The notes: generated by a model not told the origin, from the letters alone. DNA of 64,000 nt from an uncultured bacterium (GCA_964596775.1 CAZQVN010000007.1:27275-91274), one strand, 5' to 3'. Positions 49,172 through 58,980 are shown, counted from the stretch's first letter. Translations and numbers: made by a program.

Positions 49172-50485
49172 TCAGGCGGCATCCCTGCGGCGGCGCCTGT
49201 CGGCGCGCGGCGTGCGGCGGTCGGACGATTTCCGCCGTTCCTCGTTTTCCTTGATCGGAAAATTGAGCAGGAACAGGGCCGGCCATTCGCCGTCGGACCG
49301 GACGCCGATTTCGGCGCCGTGCTCGCGGACGATCCGGCACGCGGCAACGAGACCCAGGGGGCCGGAATCGGGCGAACCGGAGTGGAACGGCACGAACAGC
49401 CGGTCGAGGGCGCCACCCGCCGTGCGCGCCCCGTCGGCGGCCACGACAATCTGCACGAGGTCGCCGGTCCGCTTGGACTCCACCTTGAGGCGCCCTCCCC
49501 GGGGAACGGTCTCGATCAGGTGATCGAGGATGTTCTCGAATGCCGAGCGGATGCGGGCGCGGTCCAGCAGCAGTTTCGGGAGTCCCACCGCCAGCCGCTT
49601 GAGAACCCGGGCCTTCCTGGAGACGATGGCCTCGCGGCGTTCGTCGAGGACGGCCTGGAGTATCTCGTTGATTCCGGCCATGCCCAGCGGCGAGTCCGGC
49701 GGCGACGACGCCTTCCGCTGGTCCGCGAGGAGTCGTTCCAGTCGTTCGATCTCGCCGATCGTCACGTCCAGGTACTCGCGGTTGATGTCGTTCTCCGGAA
49801 GACCCCTGAGGACCCTCCTGGCGAACCCGGCGATGGCGGACGTGGACTTCTGGATCTCCACGATCACCTCGACCGTCGTTTCGCCGGTTCGGGCCAGGCG
49901 ATCGAGACGCAGTCTTTCCGCTTCGAGATCCTTGACGCGTTTTCTCTGATCACGGATCTCCCCGTCCGCCGTGGTCATCCGGAGCAGGAGACCCGCCACC
50001 GAAGCAACGGCCTCGAGGACCGGAAAGGCGCGGTCGGGATCCGGATCGGACTCGTCCGCGCTCCAGAATCCGACCAGGGCGCCCAGCGGTTCGCCGAACA
50101 CGAGAACGGGGACGGCGACCAGCGCGGAGGCCTCGATGTCCCTGGCCTCGATTCTTTCGTCGGTGCCGGGATCGAGGACAAGAACCGGTTCGCGCGTCGC
50201 CACGACCCAGGCGGCCAGCGTCCGTGCCGCCTTCAGGACGACCGCCCTCTCGCGGAGTCCCGCCAGGCCCGCCGCCGCATCGACCACCGGCTCGGCTCCC
50301 TTCTGGCGGTTCGCGAGGAGCACGCCTCCGGCGAGCCCGGAGCGGCGCACCAGCATCTCGGTCAGGGCATCCGGCTGCCGGGAGGGTCCGGGGCCGGCCA
50401 GGAGACCGGCCAGCGTGGCGCCCAGGTCCGCGAGGGCGCCATCTCCCTCCGGCTGGTCCTTCCTTCCCTTCGACCTGGTTGACAT
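49172..50485 (-). CDS. GAF domain + degenerate histidine-kinase-like protein (probable pseudokinase)
   Basis: GAF (ALVAVPVLVFGEPLGAL); HisKA-like helix pair; HATPase-like region with eroded boxes; SD GGAGG before ATG 50485. Confidence 0.75.
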   Translation of the reverse strand: MSTRSKGRKDQPEGDGALADLGATLAGLLAGPGPSRQPDALTEMLVRRSGLAGGVLLANRQKGAEPVVDAAAGLAGLRERAVVLKAARTLAAWVVATREPVLVLDPGTDERIEARDIEASALVAVPVLVFGEPLGALVGFWSADESDPDPDRAFPVLEAVASVAGLLLRMTTADGEIRDQRKRVKDLEAERLRLDRLARTGETTVEVIVEIQKSTSAIAGFARRVLRGLPENDINREYLDVTIGEIERLERLLADQRKASSPPDSPLGMAGINEILQAVLDERREAIVSRKARVLKRLAVGLPKLLLDRARIRSAFENILDHLIETVPRGGRLKVESKRTGDLVQIVVAADGARTAGGALDRLFVPFHSGSPDSGPLGLVAACRIVREHGAEIGVRSDGEWPALFLLNFPIKENEERRKSSDRRTPRADRRRRRDAA

Positions 50486-50608
50486 GAGCCCTCCCATCAG
50501 GCGAAATGATCCGCTTCGACGCATGTTTCCAATTCAATCAACGGCAGAATTGCCCTGGACTTGAGTGGGATTCACCCCCGGGAAGCCGGGACGGACAGGA
50601 GACCGGAC

Positions 50609-50932
50609 ATGGACGAAGCGAACACGCCGAAGCCGCGGGAGACGGCGCGCCCGCAGGGGCAGAATATCCAGATCGAACTGCCGGAAAAGGAGTCGGAGGG
50701 GATCTACGCGAACATGGCGCTGATCACGCACTCCCCGTCCGAAGTCGTGATCGATTTCGCCCGGGTTCTCCCGAACGTGCCGAAGAGCAAGGTCTACGCG
50801 CGGATCGTGATGACGCCGTACAACGCGAAGGCGCTGCTCGTCGCTCTCGAGGACAACCTCAAGAAGTTCGAGTCACAGTTCGGCGCCATCAAGTTTCAGG
50901 GGAGCGCCGACAATCGCAGCATCGGGTTCTGA
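50609..50932 (+). CDS. DUF3467 family protein
   Basis: GIYANMALITHSPSEVVIDF...ARIVMTP..AK.L...L..N...FE..FG.I; SD AGGAG. Confidence 0.9.
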   Translation: MDEANTPKPRETARPQGQNIQIELPEKESEGIYANMALITHSPSEVVIDFARVLPNVPKSKVYARIVMTPYNAKALLVALEDNLKKFESQFGAIKFQGSADNRSIGF

Positions 50933-51826
50933 AGCCGGCCTGGACCGCCAGCGGCGGTGAACCCAGAACCACTGTTCGGGGTGGGCGCGGATGACATCCT
51001 CGAGACGCGAGTGATAGTGCGCCGCCCAGGCCCGGGCCTCCTCCACCGCATCCCGGTCCGGGTCGGACCAGATCGGGGCATCGATCCTCACCGTGTGCTT
51101 CATGCCGTGGCGCTCGGCCAGGGCCAGGATCAGCGGCGCGCCGGAGCGCCGGGCGATCCGGAACGGTCCGAGCGCCGTGGATGCCGGACGGCCGAAGAAG
51201 TCGATGAAGTATCCGTCGGGCCCGGCGTCCTGGTCCGCCACGGTGGCCACCACCCGGCCGCGCTTCAGGGCCTTGAACACGTCCCGCATGTCGCGTCCCG
51301 CCACCAGCACCTCCACGCCGTTCATGGCGCGATAGCGGTTGAAGAGTTCCTCCGCCAGCTTGTTGCGGTGCGGACCGACGAGGAACGTCATCGGAAAACC
51401 CCGGGCCGCGAGCCCCGCCCCGAGATACTCCCAGTTTCCCAGGTGTCCCGTGAGCAGGAAGACGCCCCGGCCCGGCTCCAGCGCCCGGCGCAGGTGATCC
51501 TCCCCCACGATCTTGACCCGGCGGGACAGCTGCTTCGCGTTCAGAACGGGATAGCGGCAGAACTCCGCGAGCGTGCGACCGAGGTGGCGATACAACCCGC
51601 GTAGTATCCGGGTCCTTCCGGCCTCGTCGAGATCGGGAAATGCGGCCGCCAGGTTGTCCTCGGCCGTTCCCCGGCGGAGCGGGAGCAGCCTCCCTGCAAC
51701 ACGGCCGAGCAGGTCGCCGGAGTGAACGGCCAGGCCGTGGGGAACCACGGAAAAGAGTCCGGACAGGGCGGAAAGCCCCGCATACTGCCAGACATGTGAG
51801 GTCTTCGGTCTTTCCGGCGGGGTCAT
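50873..51826 (-). CDS. Lipid A (lauroyl/myristoyl) acyltransferase family, LpxL/HtrB-like
   Basis: TGHLGNWE, ADQD, FFGRPA, PEQWFWVHRRW. Confidence 0.9.
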   Translation of the reverse strand: MTPPERPKTSHVWQYAGLSALSGLFSVVPHGLAVHSGDLLGRVAGRLLPLRRGTAEDNLAAAFPDLDEAGRTRILRGLYRHLGRTLAEFCRYPVLNAKQLSRRVKIVGEDHLRRALEPGRGVFLLTGHLGNWEYLGAGLAARGFPMTFLVGPHRNKLAEELFNRYRAMNGVEVLVAGRDMRDVFKALKRGRVVATVADQDAGPDGYFIDFFGRPASTALGPFRIARRSGAPLILALAERHGMKHTVRIDAPIWSDPDRDAVEEARAWAAHYHSRLEDVIRAHPEQWFWVHRRWRSRPASEPDAAIVGAPLKLDGAEL

Positions 51827-51872
51827 GGTCCGCGTCAACTCATTCTCCACATCACCGGTACAAAGATGAAAA

Positions 51873-51902
51873 TTGACTTCACCATGTTGAGTCCCGTATC
51901 AT
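51873..51902 (+). promoter_or_regulatory. sigma70 promoter of the 51984-54176 pair
   Basis: TTGACT-18 nt-TATCAT; SD GGAGG before ATG 51984. Confidence 0.65.
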
Positions 51903-51983
51903 CATTCCTGAGTTTTACCCGGTTCATCGACAAGAGTAAACACCCCGACGGTTGTTGCGCTGCATCCATGGAGGTCTCATCTT

Positions 51984-53579
51984 ATGCAACCGAAGACGAA
52001 CTACGTCCGCCCCTTTCTTTTCCTCCTCGCCGGGGCCCTGCTCTTCACGGCCGTGCCCGCCCGCGCGCAGGATGCCATCGTCACCGGAACCCTGAATTAC
52101 GTCAGCGGCCTTCCCGGCAACGAGGTCTATCGCTACGACTACACGCTGGAAAACGTGTCCGTCACTCCGGCTGTCCAGACCCTGCTCGTCTTCTTCGACT
52201 CGAATCCCGCAACCCAGATCTTTGACGGCAGCGACGACGCCGATTTCATCTCGGCCACCGGCCCCTCCGTCGACTGGGAAGTGACGCCGATCGTTCCGAC
52301 CGACCCGGATGCCTGGTACGTGGAGTTCGCCAACTTCACCTCGCTCGGCGCCGAGCCCGGCGATGTCATCAGCGGCTTCAGCGTGGAATTCCGCTGGAAG
52401 AACCCGAACACGCTTCCCCCCTGCGAACAGTTCTTCGAGGCGATCAACGGCCGCGCCCATGAGGGCGTGTCCTCGACGCTGATCGGTTCCGTTTCCCCGC
52501 GAAACGGCGTGCTCTCCGGCTTCGTGACCGGCTGCACCAACGCACCGCTGGCCGGCGTCACCGTGGACATCTTCCGCGACGGCACCCTCATCGGCAGCGC
52601 CCTGACGAACGCCTCGGGCGCCTACTCGTTCAGCCCGCTGACCCAGGGGGGCTACACCATCAACGTCGTGACGCCGATCGGCTACACGATCGTGGAAGAA
52701 CTTCCGAACAACTGCGACGACGGCATTCACGTCAACTTCGTCCTCCAGTGCCAGACCGTCGAGAACGCGCCGCGGACGATCGGTTACTGGAAGCACCAGA
52801 TGAGCGTCCACATCACCGGCCGGGGGAAGGCCCAGGAAACGAAGACGAATGTCCTCTCGTACCTGGACACGATCTACAATCATTTCCACCTCAACGGAAT
52901 CCACCCGGTTTCCGTGTATACGGTGGACCCGAGCGCGGCCGCGAGCGTGAAGCTGGCCACCGCGGACGACATCCTGACCGTCAACGGCAGCAAGCTCATG
53001 AACCTCCGGGCGCGCCAGCAGCTCATGGCCCTTCTGCTCAACGTCGCCTCCCTGAAGCTCGGCCAGAACCAGGTCATCAGCGCGGACGGACGGACGGTCA
53101 ACCAGGCCATCACCTACGCGTGGGACCTGATCGCCGACGGCAACCCGGCCAACGACGAAACCGCCAAGACGATCGCCGACGAGATCAACAACGGGCGGAC
53201 GCTCGGAGCCGGCATCATCCCGGCCTCGACACCGGTCATCCTCTACAGCGTGCCGGTCATCGACGGCCCGTCCGTGGAAGCCCCGGTCGTGTCCGCGTTC
53301 CGCCTCGGCCAGAACTATCCGAACCCGATGAACCCGATGACGGTCATCCCCTTCCAGGTGGCCGCGGGCTCCGGATCGGCACCGGTGCGGATCTCGATCT
53401 TCGATCTCAGCGGCCGGCTCGTCCGGTCGGTGCTCGACACATCGCTCGACTCCGGCGATCACACCGTGACCTGGGACGGCACGGACGATTCCGGACAGAC
53501 GGTTCACTCCGGCATCTATTTCTACACGCTGACATCGGGCGGCCGCTCCGAAACGCGGAAACTTCACGTACTCAAGTAG
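51984..53579 (+). CDS. Secreted protein with N-terminal beta domain, carboxypeptidase-regulatory/CnaB-like domain and FlgD-Ig/T9SS-like C-terminus
   Basis: Signal peptide; T..SGAYSF..L..GGY; RTIGYWKH; QNYPNPMNP...WDGTDDSG...SGIYFY. Confidence 0.8.
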   Translation: MQPKTNYVRPFLFLLAGALLFTAVPARAQDAIVTGTLNYVSGLPGNEVYRYDYTLENVSVTPAVQTLLVFFDSNPATQIFDGSDDADFISATGPSVDWEVTPIVPTDPDAWYVEFANFTSLGAEPGDVISGFSVEFRWKNPNTLPPCEQFFEAINGRAHEGVSSTLIGSVSPRNGVLSGFVTGCTNAPLAGVTVDIFRDGTLIGSALTNASGAYSFSPLTQGGYTINVVTPIGYTIVEELPNNCDDGIHVNFVLQCQTVENAPRTIGYWKHQMSVHITGRGKAQETKTNVLSYLDTIYNHFHLNGIHPVSVYTVDPSAAASVKLATADDILTVNGSKLMNLRARQQLMALLLNVASLKLGQNQVISADGRTVNQAITYAWDLIADGNPANDETAKTIADEINNGRTLGAGIIPASTPVILYSVPVIDGPSVEAPVVSAFRLGQNYPNPMNPMTVIPFQVAAGSGSAPVRISIFDLSGRLVRSVLDTSLDSGDHTVTWDGTDDSGQTVHSGIYFYTLTSGGRSETRKLHVLK

Positions 53580-53591
53580 AGGGGGCTGTTC

Positions 53592-54176
53592 ATGAAATTC
53601 CGTTTTAGAGTGTCGCTGGCCGCGGCTGCCGTCGGACTCCTTGTTTCGGCGGCCGCGTACGCGCTGCCGAACACGAATGTCCTGTACAAGCTGTACCACT
53701 TCGAGGGAGGAACCTGGGTGCGCTACCGCCAGACGGACGCGTTTCCGGCCGGCGGCGCCACACCGGGCACGAACCTCTGGAAGTATGAATACACGGTGAA
53801 GAACCTGGGTTACGCCGGAACAGGCATCAACACCTGGTATGCGTTCTTCGACTCGGACAACGTTCTCTGCTCCACGCACAGTTCGGCGACGGGGCCGGGT
53901 ACCTGGGCCACGACGAAACAGGGACCGGTCGCCCCGAACAACAACTGGAAGGAGCGGTTCCGCACCGTCAATTCCGGCGAGTACATCACCCAGGGGAACC
54001 AGCTTTCCGGTTTCTCCGTGACGTTCACGCTGACCTGCCCCGTCCTTCCCGGCAACCAGAGCTACGATGCCGTGACGAGCGGGGGCTCCGAAGCCAGCGT
54101 CACCAGCGAAGATCCCGAGAACCCGGTCCCCGTGGAAAACGCCACGTGGAGCGGCATCAAGTCCCTCTACCGCTAG
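53592..54176 (+). CDS. Secreted hypothetical protein with TWSGIKSLY C-terminal tail
   Basis: Signal peptide ending AYA; ends PVPVENATWSGIKSLYR; SD GAGGGG. Confidence 0.8.
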   Translation: MKFRFRVSLAAAAVGLLVSAAAYALPNTNVLYKLYHFEGGTWVRYRQTDAFPAGGATPGTNLWKYEYTVKNLGYAGTGINTWYAFFDSDNVLCSTHSSATGPGTWATTKQGPVAPNNNWKERFRTVNSGEYITQGNQLSGFSVTFTLTCPVLPGNQSYDAVTSGGSEASVTSEDPENPVPVENATWSGIKSLYR

Positions 54177-54197
54177 CCTCACTTCGTCCGCCGCTCC

Positions 54198-55235
54198 TCA
54201 GTTTCCCGAGGAGCGGCGGACCATTCCTCCCGGGCACCGCACGACCAGCCCCGCCAGTTCGAGTTCCAGCAGCAGCCCGAGCATCCGTTCCACCCGTTCC
54301 CCGTGCGCGGCCGCCAGCGACTCGATGGACCGGGCCCGCCCGGCCAGCGACCCCAGCACGGCGCGGGCCGGATCGGACACTCCTTCCGCCAGGGCCGCGA
54401 TCCTCATCTGCACCGGTCCCCCCTTCGCGATTTCGAGCCCCTGGTCCTCGGCCGTCCGGAGCAGGCTCGAAACCGACGTGACCGGAATGGCCCCCTCGAA
54501 GATCAGGCGGTTCGTTCCCGCCGAGGGGGGCGAGTAGATGTCGCCGGGCACCGCCGCCACGTCGCGCCCCTGGTTCAACGCGTAGTGGGCCGTGACGAGG
54601 GCGCCGCTCTTCGCCCGCGCTTCGACGACCACGGTGAACCGGGAGAGCCCCGAGAGGAGCCGGTTCCGCCGGATGAAGTGGTGTTTCATCGGCTTCGCGA
54701 ACGGCGGAAACTCGGTGACGATGCCCCCGCGGACGGCGAGTTCGTCGAACAGGCTCCGGTGCTCGCGTGGGTAGCACACGTCCAGGCCGCAGGCGATCAC
54801 CGCCACGCTGGGAATCCGCGCCGGGCCGGATGCGGCGAGAGCCGCCCGGTGGGCGAGGCCATCGACGCCGCGGGCCAGCCCGGACACGACAATCGCGCCG
54901 GCCCCGGCCAGGGCCCGCCCCGCTTCCTCGGCAAACCGCGCCCCGCTGGGCGTCGGCGACCGCGTGCCGACCACGGCCACGCCGAAGTCGTCCTCCGATG
55001 GAAGGCGGCCGAGGTAGAACAGGTGGGACGGTTCGTCGGGAATTCCGGTCAGCGACCCCGGAAAGCCGGGCGCGCCGTACAGCACGGCGTCGGCGCCGGA
55101 ACGCATGAGCACATCGAGGCGCCGTTCCATCCAGTCGCTCTCGATGTCGCCGCCGGCCGAGAATCTGAGGGTCGGGTCTTCAAACGCGCGACGGAGAGCC
55201 TGTTCAAGGCGATCCCGCCGGTCCTCCTCCTTCAT
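54198..55235 (-). CDS. dprA: DNA-processing protein DprA
   Basis: AVVGTR, IVVSGLARGVDG.AH, F.RRNRLLSGLS, SGALVTA..A..QGR, PGDI...S.GTNRLI..GA. Start uncertain. Confidence 0.92.
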   Translation of the reverse strand: MKEEDRRDRLEQALRRAFEDPTLRFSAGGDIESDWMERRLDVLMRSGADAVLYGAPGFPGSLTGIPDEPSHLFYLGRLPSEDDFGVAVVGTRSPTPSGARFAEEAGRALAGAGAIVVSGLARGVDGLAHRAALAASGPARIPSVAVIACGLDVCYPREHRSLFDELAVRGGIVTEFPPFAKPMKHHFIRRNRLLSGLSRFTVVVEARAKSGALVTAHYALNQGRDVAAVPGDIYSPPSAGTNRLIFEGAIPVTSVSSLLRTAEDQGLEIAKGGPVQMRIAALAEGVSDPARAVLGSLAGRARSIESLAAAHGERVERMLGLLLELELAGLVVRCPGGMVRRSSGN

Positions 55236-55794
55236 GATCCGCACTCGCTCGGGGGGAGCCTGCATCGGGGGATGGGGACTTGCGCATGTCCTCCAGCCGC
55301 GTTTCCAGCGCATCGGCCAGGTCGGGATGGATGCGGCGGAGGGTCGAGAGTCGTTCGGCGGCCCGGTCATAGGACAATTCGGCCAGCGCCCGGACCAGCG
55401 CCTCGGAGCCGCCGTTTTCCGAGAGCCGGAGCGCCGCCTTCGCGGCCGCCTCCCGCACCGTCCGGTTCGGCTCGTCCAGCAGGGCGAGGATTCCCGGGGC
55501 CGACGGCTTGTCGCCCAGGCGGCCGAGGGCTATGCCGGCGGCCGCGCGCGTGTACCAGAGCCCGGACCGGAACACGTTGCGCAGCGGTCCGCGGGCGATT
55601 TCCCCCGACTCGACCAGGGCGCCGATGGCGAGGTCGCGCAGGTACCACGACTCGTCGCAGAGGATTTCCAGCAGCAGCGAGACCGACTTCGGGGTCTTCT
55701 GGTCCCTGAGTTCCTCGATGAACAGCTTCTTTCCCTCGAGATTCTTCCGGCGCAGCGCCTCCAGCGTGCGCCCGGCTTCCAGCCTGTCGCTCAT
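55204..55794 (-). CDS. HEAT-repeat protein
   Basis: ESWYLRDLAIGAL, WYTRAAAGIALGRLG, NRTVREAAAKAAL. Confidence 0.75.
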   Translation of the reverse strand: MSDRLEAGRTLEALRRKNLEGKKLFIEELRDQKTPKSVSLLLEILCDESWYLRDLAIGALVESGEIARGPLRNVFRSGLWYTRAAAGIALGRLGDKPSAPGILALLDEPNRTVREAAAKAALRLSENGGSEALVRALAELSYDRAAERLSTLRRIHPDLADALETRLEDMRKSPSPDAGSPRASADHEGGGPAGSP

Positions 55795-56816
55795 GATTCC
55801 CAGTCCTGTTCCACGGCCATGTCGTCATCACCGGTCAGACGGACACGTTTTTCCAGTTCGATGAGCAGCCGGTCCATGCCCTGGCCCGACTGCGCGGAGA
55901 TATGAAGCACGTCGGATCGATCCGGCCCCAGGGTCGGCGGCTCGGCATCCGGGGGGAGGAGATCCATCTTCGAAAACGCCGTGATGCGCGGCTTGTCGAG
56001 GATCTGGCGCGAGTACTCGGACAGTTCCCTGAGGAGTGCCGCCTCCTGGACTTCGGGATCCTCGGCCGTGGCGTCGATCATGATGAGGAGAACCCGCGTC
56101 CGCTCGATGTGCCGGAGAAACTGGTGACCGAGCCCCTTCCCCTGGCTCGCGCCCTCGATGAGTCCCGGTATGTCGGCGACGACGAGCGATCTCCCCTCCT
56201 CGGTCCGCCCGAGCCGGGCGATGCCGAGATGCGGTTCCAGCGTGGTGAACGGATAGTCGGCCACCTTCGGGCGCGCGCGGGACACGACCGAGAGCAGCGT
56301 GGACTTGCCCGCGTTGGGAAAACCGACGAGCCCCACGTCGGCGAGGAGCTTGAGCTCGAGCTTGAGCTCGCGCGTTTCGCCGGGACGCCCGTACTCGAAT
56401 TCCCGCGGGGCCTGGTGGGTGGGCGTGGCGTAATGCTGGTTCCCCTTTCCGCCCCGGCCGCCCGCAGCCAGCACGATTTCCTGGTCCGGCCGGGTGAGGT
56501 CGCCGACGACCTCGCCGGTGGCGATGTCGGTGATCACCGTGCCGCGCGGAACCTGGATGACGAGGTTCTTTCCGGCCTTGCCGGAGCAGTTCTGCCCCAT
56601 ACCGTGCTCCCCGCGGTCGGCCTTGAACCGGGGCTGGTGCCGGAAGTCGAGCAGCGTCCGCAGGTGGGGATTGACCCGGGCGACGATCGACCCGCCGACG
56701 CCGCCGTCCCCCCCGTTCGGACCGCCCTTGGGCACGTACTTTTCCCGGCGGAACGATACGCATCCGTCGCCGCCGTCGCCGGCAATCACGGTGATGCGCG
56801 CCTCATCTATGAACAC
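55791..56816 (-). CDS. obgE: GTPase ObgE/CgtA
   Basis: GGPNGGDGG, GFPNAGKST, DYPFTT, DIPGLIEGA; short form lacking the C-terminal domain. Confidence 0.97.
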   Translation of the reverse strand: MFIDEARITVIAGDGGDGCVSFRREKYVPKGGPNGGDGGVGGSIVARVNPHLRTLLDFRHQPRFKADRGEHGMGQNCSGKAGKNLVIQVPRGTVITDIATGEVVGDLTRPDQEIVLAAGGRGGKGNQHYATPTHQAPREFEYGRPGETRELKLELKLLADVGLVGFPNAGKSTLLSVVSRARPKVADYPFTTLEPHLGIARLGRTEEGRSLVVADIPGLIEGASQGKGLGHQFLRHIERTRVLLIMIDATAEDPEVQEAALLRELSEYSRQILDKPRITAFSKMDLLPPDAEPPTLGPDRSDVLHISAQSGQGMDRLLIELEKRVRLTGDDDMAVEQDWES

Positions 56817-56892
56817 GGTTCAGGATCCTCGCAATCCGGTATCGAACGGGAATGGCCACGCTGGAGGAGCGTGCGGCGGGAAAGTGAAGGCG

Positions 56893-56921
56893 ATGTTAGG
56901 CCAGGCGGAACGGGCTGTCAA
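56893..56921 (-). promoter_or_regulatory. sigma70 promoter of obgE
   Basis: TTGACA-17 nt-TAACAT. Confidence 0.7.
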
Positions 56922-57263
56922 TCAAGGCTTCTTCGAGCTCTTCGGCTTCTTCGTTTCCGCCGGCTTCGCCGGTTTCGCGGGCTTGTCCGCCGTGTTCGAC
57001 GCCTCCGGTTTCGCCGCGCCGCCGGCATCGGACGGCGCCTCCGCGGCGGGCTTGTCCTTGCCGGCCTTGTCCCTGTACTCCTTCGACCGGTAGTCGGTGA
57101 TGTAGAAACCCTGCCCCTTGAAGATGATCCCCGCGCCGGTGCCGATCAACCGCCGGACCTTGCCGCGGCATTCCGGACACGTCTTGACCGGCGGGTCGGA
57201 CATCGACTGGAAGCGCTCGAAGCGATGACTGCACTTGCTGCATTCGTATTCGTACGTCGGCAT
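56922..57263 (-). CDS. FmdB-family zinc-ribbon protein
   Basis: MPTYEYECSKC...CPEC.G...RLI..GAGIIFKG.GFY.TDY; Ala/Lys/Pro tail. Confidence 0.92.
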   Translation of the reverse strand: MPTYEYECSKCSHRFERFQSMSDPPVKTCPECRGKVRRLIGTGAGIIFKGQGFYITDYRSKEYRDKAGKDKPAAEAPSDAGGAAKPEASNTADKPAKPAKPAETKKPKSSKKP

Positions 57264-57275
57264 GAACTCTCCCGG

Positions 57276-58469
57276 TTACTTCAATCGGTTCACGATGTCG
57301 CGGATGATGGAAACACCCTTTTCTATTTCGTCGTCGGAAGCGGCAAACGAGAGACGGAAGGACTTGGGAGCCCCGAAGCCGGTGCCGGGGACGACACCGA
57401 CGCCGCCGTCAATGAACGCGGCCACCAGGTCCTCGATGTTTCCGATCTTTCGTCCGTCGAGCGCCAGGCCGAAGCAGCGGCTCGCGCGGATGAAAAAGTA
57501 GAACGCGCCGGACGGGGGCGTCCACTCCAGCCGCTCCACCCCCTCCAGGAGATTCATCACCAGGCGGCGGCGGCGGGCGTACGCGTCGGTCATGGCCTTG
57601 AGTTCCGGTCCGTTGCCCCGGATGGCCGCGAGGGCGGCGGCCTGCGACACGCTGCAGGGGTTGCCGGTGGCCTGCGCCTGGTAGCGCCCCATCGCCTTGA
57701 TGACCGGCGCCGGGCCGGCCGCGAAACCGATCCGCCAGCCGGTCATGGCATAGGACTTGGATACGCCGTTGACGGTGATCGTCCGCTCCTCCATGTCCGG
57801 CAGCGAAGCGAACGGAACGTGCACGGTGTCGTCGAACAGGATCCGGTCGTAGATCTCGTCGGAGATGACGGCCACGTCGTGCTCCACGAGGAGGCGCGCC
57901 AGCGCCTCTGCCTCGGCGCGGGTGTACACCGCGCCGGTGGGGTTGCTCGGAGCGTTGAGGATCGCCACCCGCGTCTTCGGAGTGATCGCGCCGGCCAGCG
58001 CCTCGGGCGTCAGCTTGAACCCGCTCTCGAGCGGCATGTCGGGATGCACCGGCACGCCTCCGGCCATGCGGACGAGGTCCGGGTAGGACACCCAGTAGGG
58101 AGCCGGAACAAGGACTTCGTCCCCGGGCTGCACCAGCGCCTGGAGCGCATTGTAGATGGCGTGCTTGGAACCGGAGCAGGCGATGACCTGGTCCGGAGCA
58201 TAGCCGGGGCCGCTTCTCTCGCTGAGCCAGCGGGCCGCCGCCTCGCGGAGATCGGGCGTTCCCATCGGCGAGGTGTAGCGGGTGGCCCCGGCCTCGATGG
58301 CCGCGGCGGCCGCCCTGCAAATCCATTCCGGCGTGTTGAAGTCGGGTTGTCCGACCGTCAGGTTGATGATGCTGCGACCGGCGGCGGTCAGTTCGCGGAC
58401 GCGCTCGTCGAGGGCCAGGGTCAGCGAGGGGGATATGGAAGCGAGCTTCGGCGAGATCTTCAGGGGCAT
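57276..58469 (-). CDS. aspC: PLP-dependent aspartate aminotransferase, class I/II
   Basis: GQPDF, NAPSNPTG, SDEIY, SKSYAMTGWRIG. Confidence 0.9.
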   Translation of the reverse strand: MPLKISPKLASISPSLTLALDERVRELTAAGRSIINLTVGQPDFNTPEWICRAAAAAIEAGATRYTSPMGTPDLREAAARWLSERSGPGYAPDQVIACSGSKHAIYNALQALVQPGDEVLVPAPYWVSYPDLVRMAGGVPVHPDMPLESGFKLTPEALAGAITPKTRVAILNAPSNPTGAVYTRAEAEALARLLVEHDVAVISDEIYDRILFDDTVHVPFASLPDMEERTITVNGVSKSYAMTGWRIGFAAGPAPVIKAMGRYQAQATGNPCSVSQAAALAAIRGNGPELKAMTDAYARRRRLVMNLLEGVERLEWTPPSGAFYFFIRASRCFGLALDGRKIGNIEDLVAAFIDGGVGVVPGTGFGAPKSFRLSFAASDDEIEKGVSIIRDIVNRLK

Positions 58470-58482
58470 CGGTTTCCTCCGG

Positions 58483-58980
58483 TCACTCCGACCGGCTCGA
58501 CGGAGATTGGAAGCGCAGTTTCAGGCGGTCGGCCACGTCCTGGGGCACGAGGCCGCTGATGTCGCCGCCGAGGCGGGCGACCTCGCGGACGATCGTGGCG
58601 TTCAGAAAGCTGTAGCGGGCGCTCGGCATCATGAACACGGTTTCGATCCTGCGGTTCAGCTGACGGTTCATGAGGGCCAGCTGGAACTCGTACTCGAAGT
58701 CCGAAACGAAACGCAGCCCGCGGACGACGGCGTCCACGTTCAGCGATTCCGCGAGTTCGACGAGCAGGCCGTCGAACTCGACCACGGTGACCCCGTCCAT
58801 GCCGGCCACGCTGCGTTCCACGAGTTCGCGGCGCTCCTCCAGGGAGAACAGCGTTTCCTTGTGGTGTCCGCGGGCCACGGCCACGACCAGACCGTCGAAG
58901 ATCTTCCGGGCCCGGCGGACGAGGTCGAGGTGCCCTTCCGTGATCGGATCAAACGTCCCCGGGAACAGCGCCGTTTTCAT
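58483..58980 (-). CDS. coaD: Phosphopantetheine adenylyltransferase
   Basis: PGTFDPITEGH, RGLR..SDFEYE. Confidence 0.97.
   Translation of the reverse strand: MKTALFPGTFDPITEGHLDLVRRARKIFDGLVVAVARGHHKETLFSLEERRELVERSVAGMDGVTVVEFDGLLVELAESLNVDAVVRGLRFVSDFEYEFQLALMNRQLNRRIETVFMMPSARYSFLNATIVREVARLGGDISGLVPQDVADRLKLRFQSPSSRSE

Noticed and set aside
48864-50485. tRNA-Thr/Phe as an integration site for an island
   Set aside because: No integrase, no duplicated tRNA 3' end, and no compositional shift.
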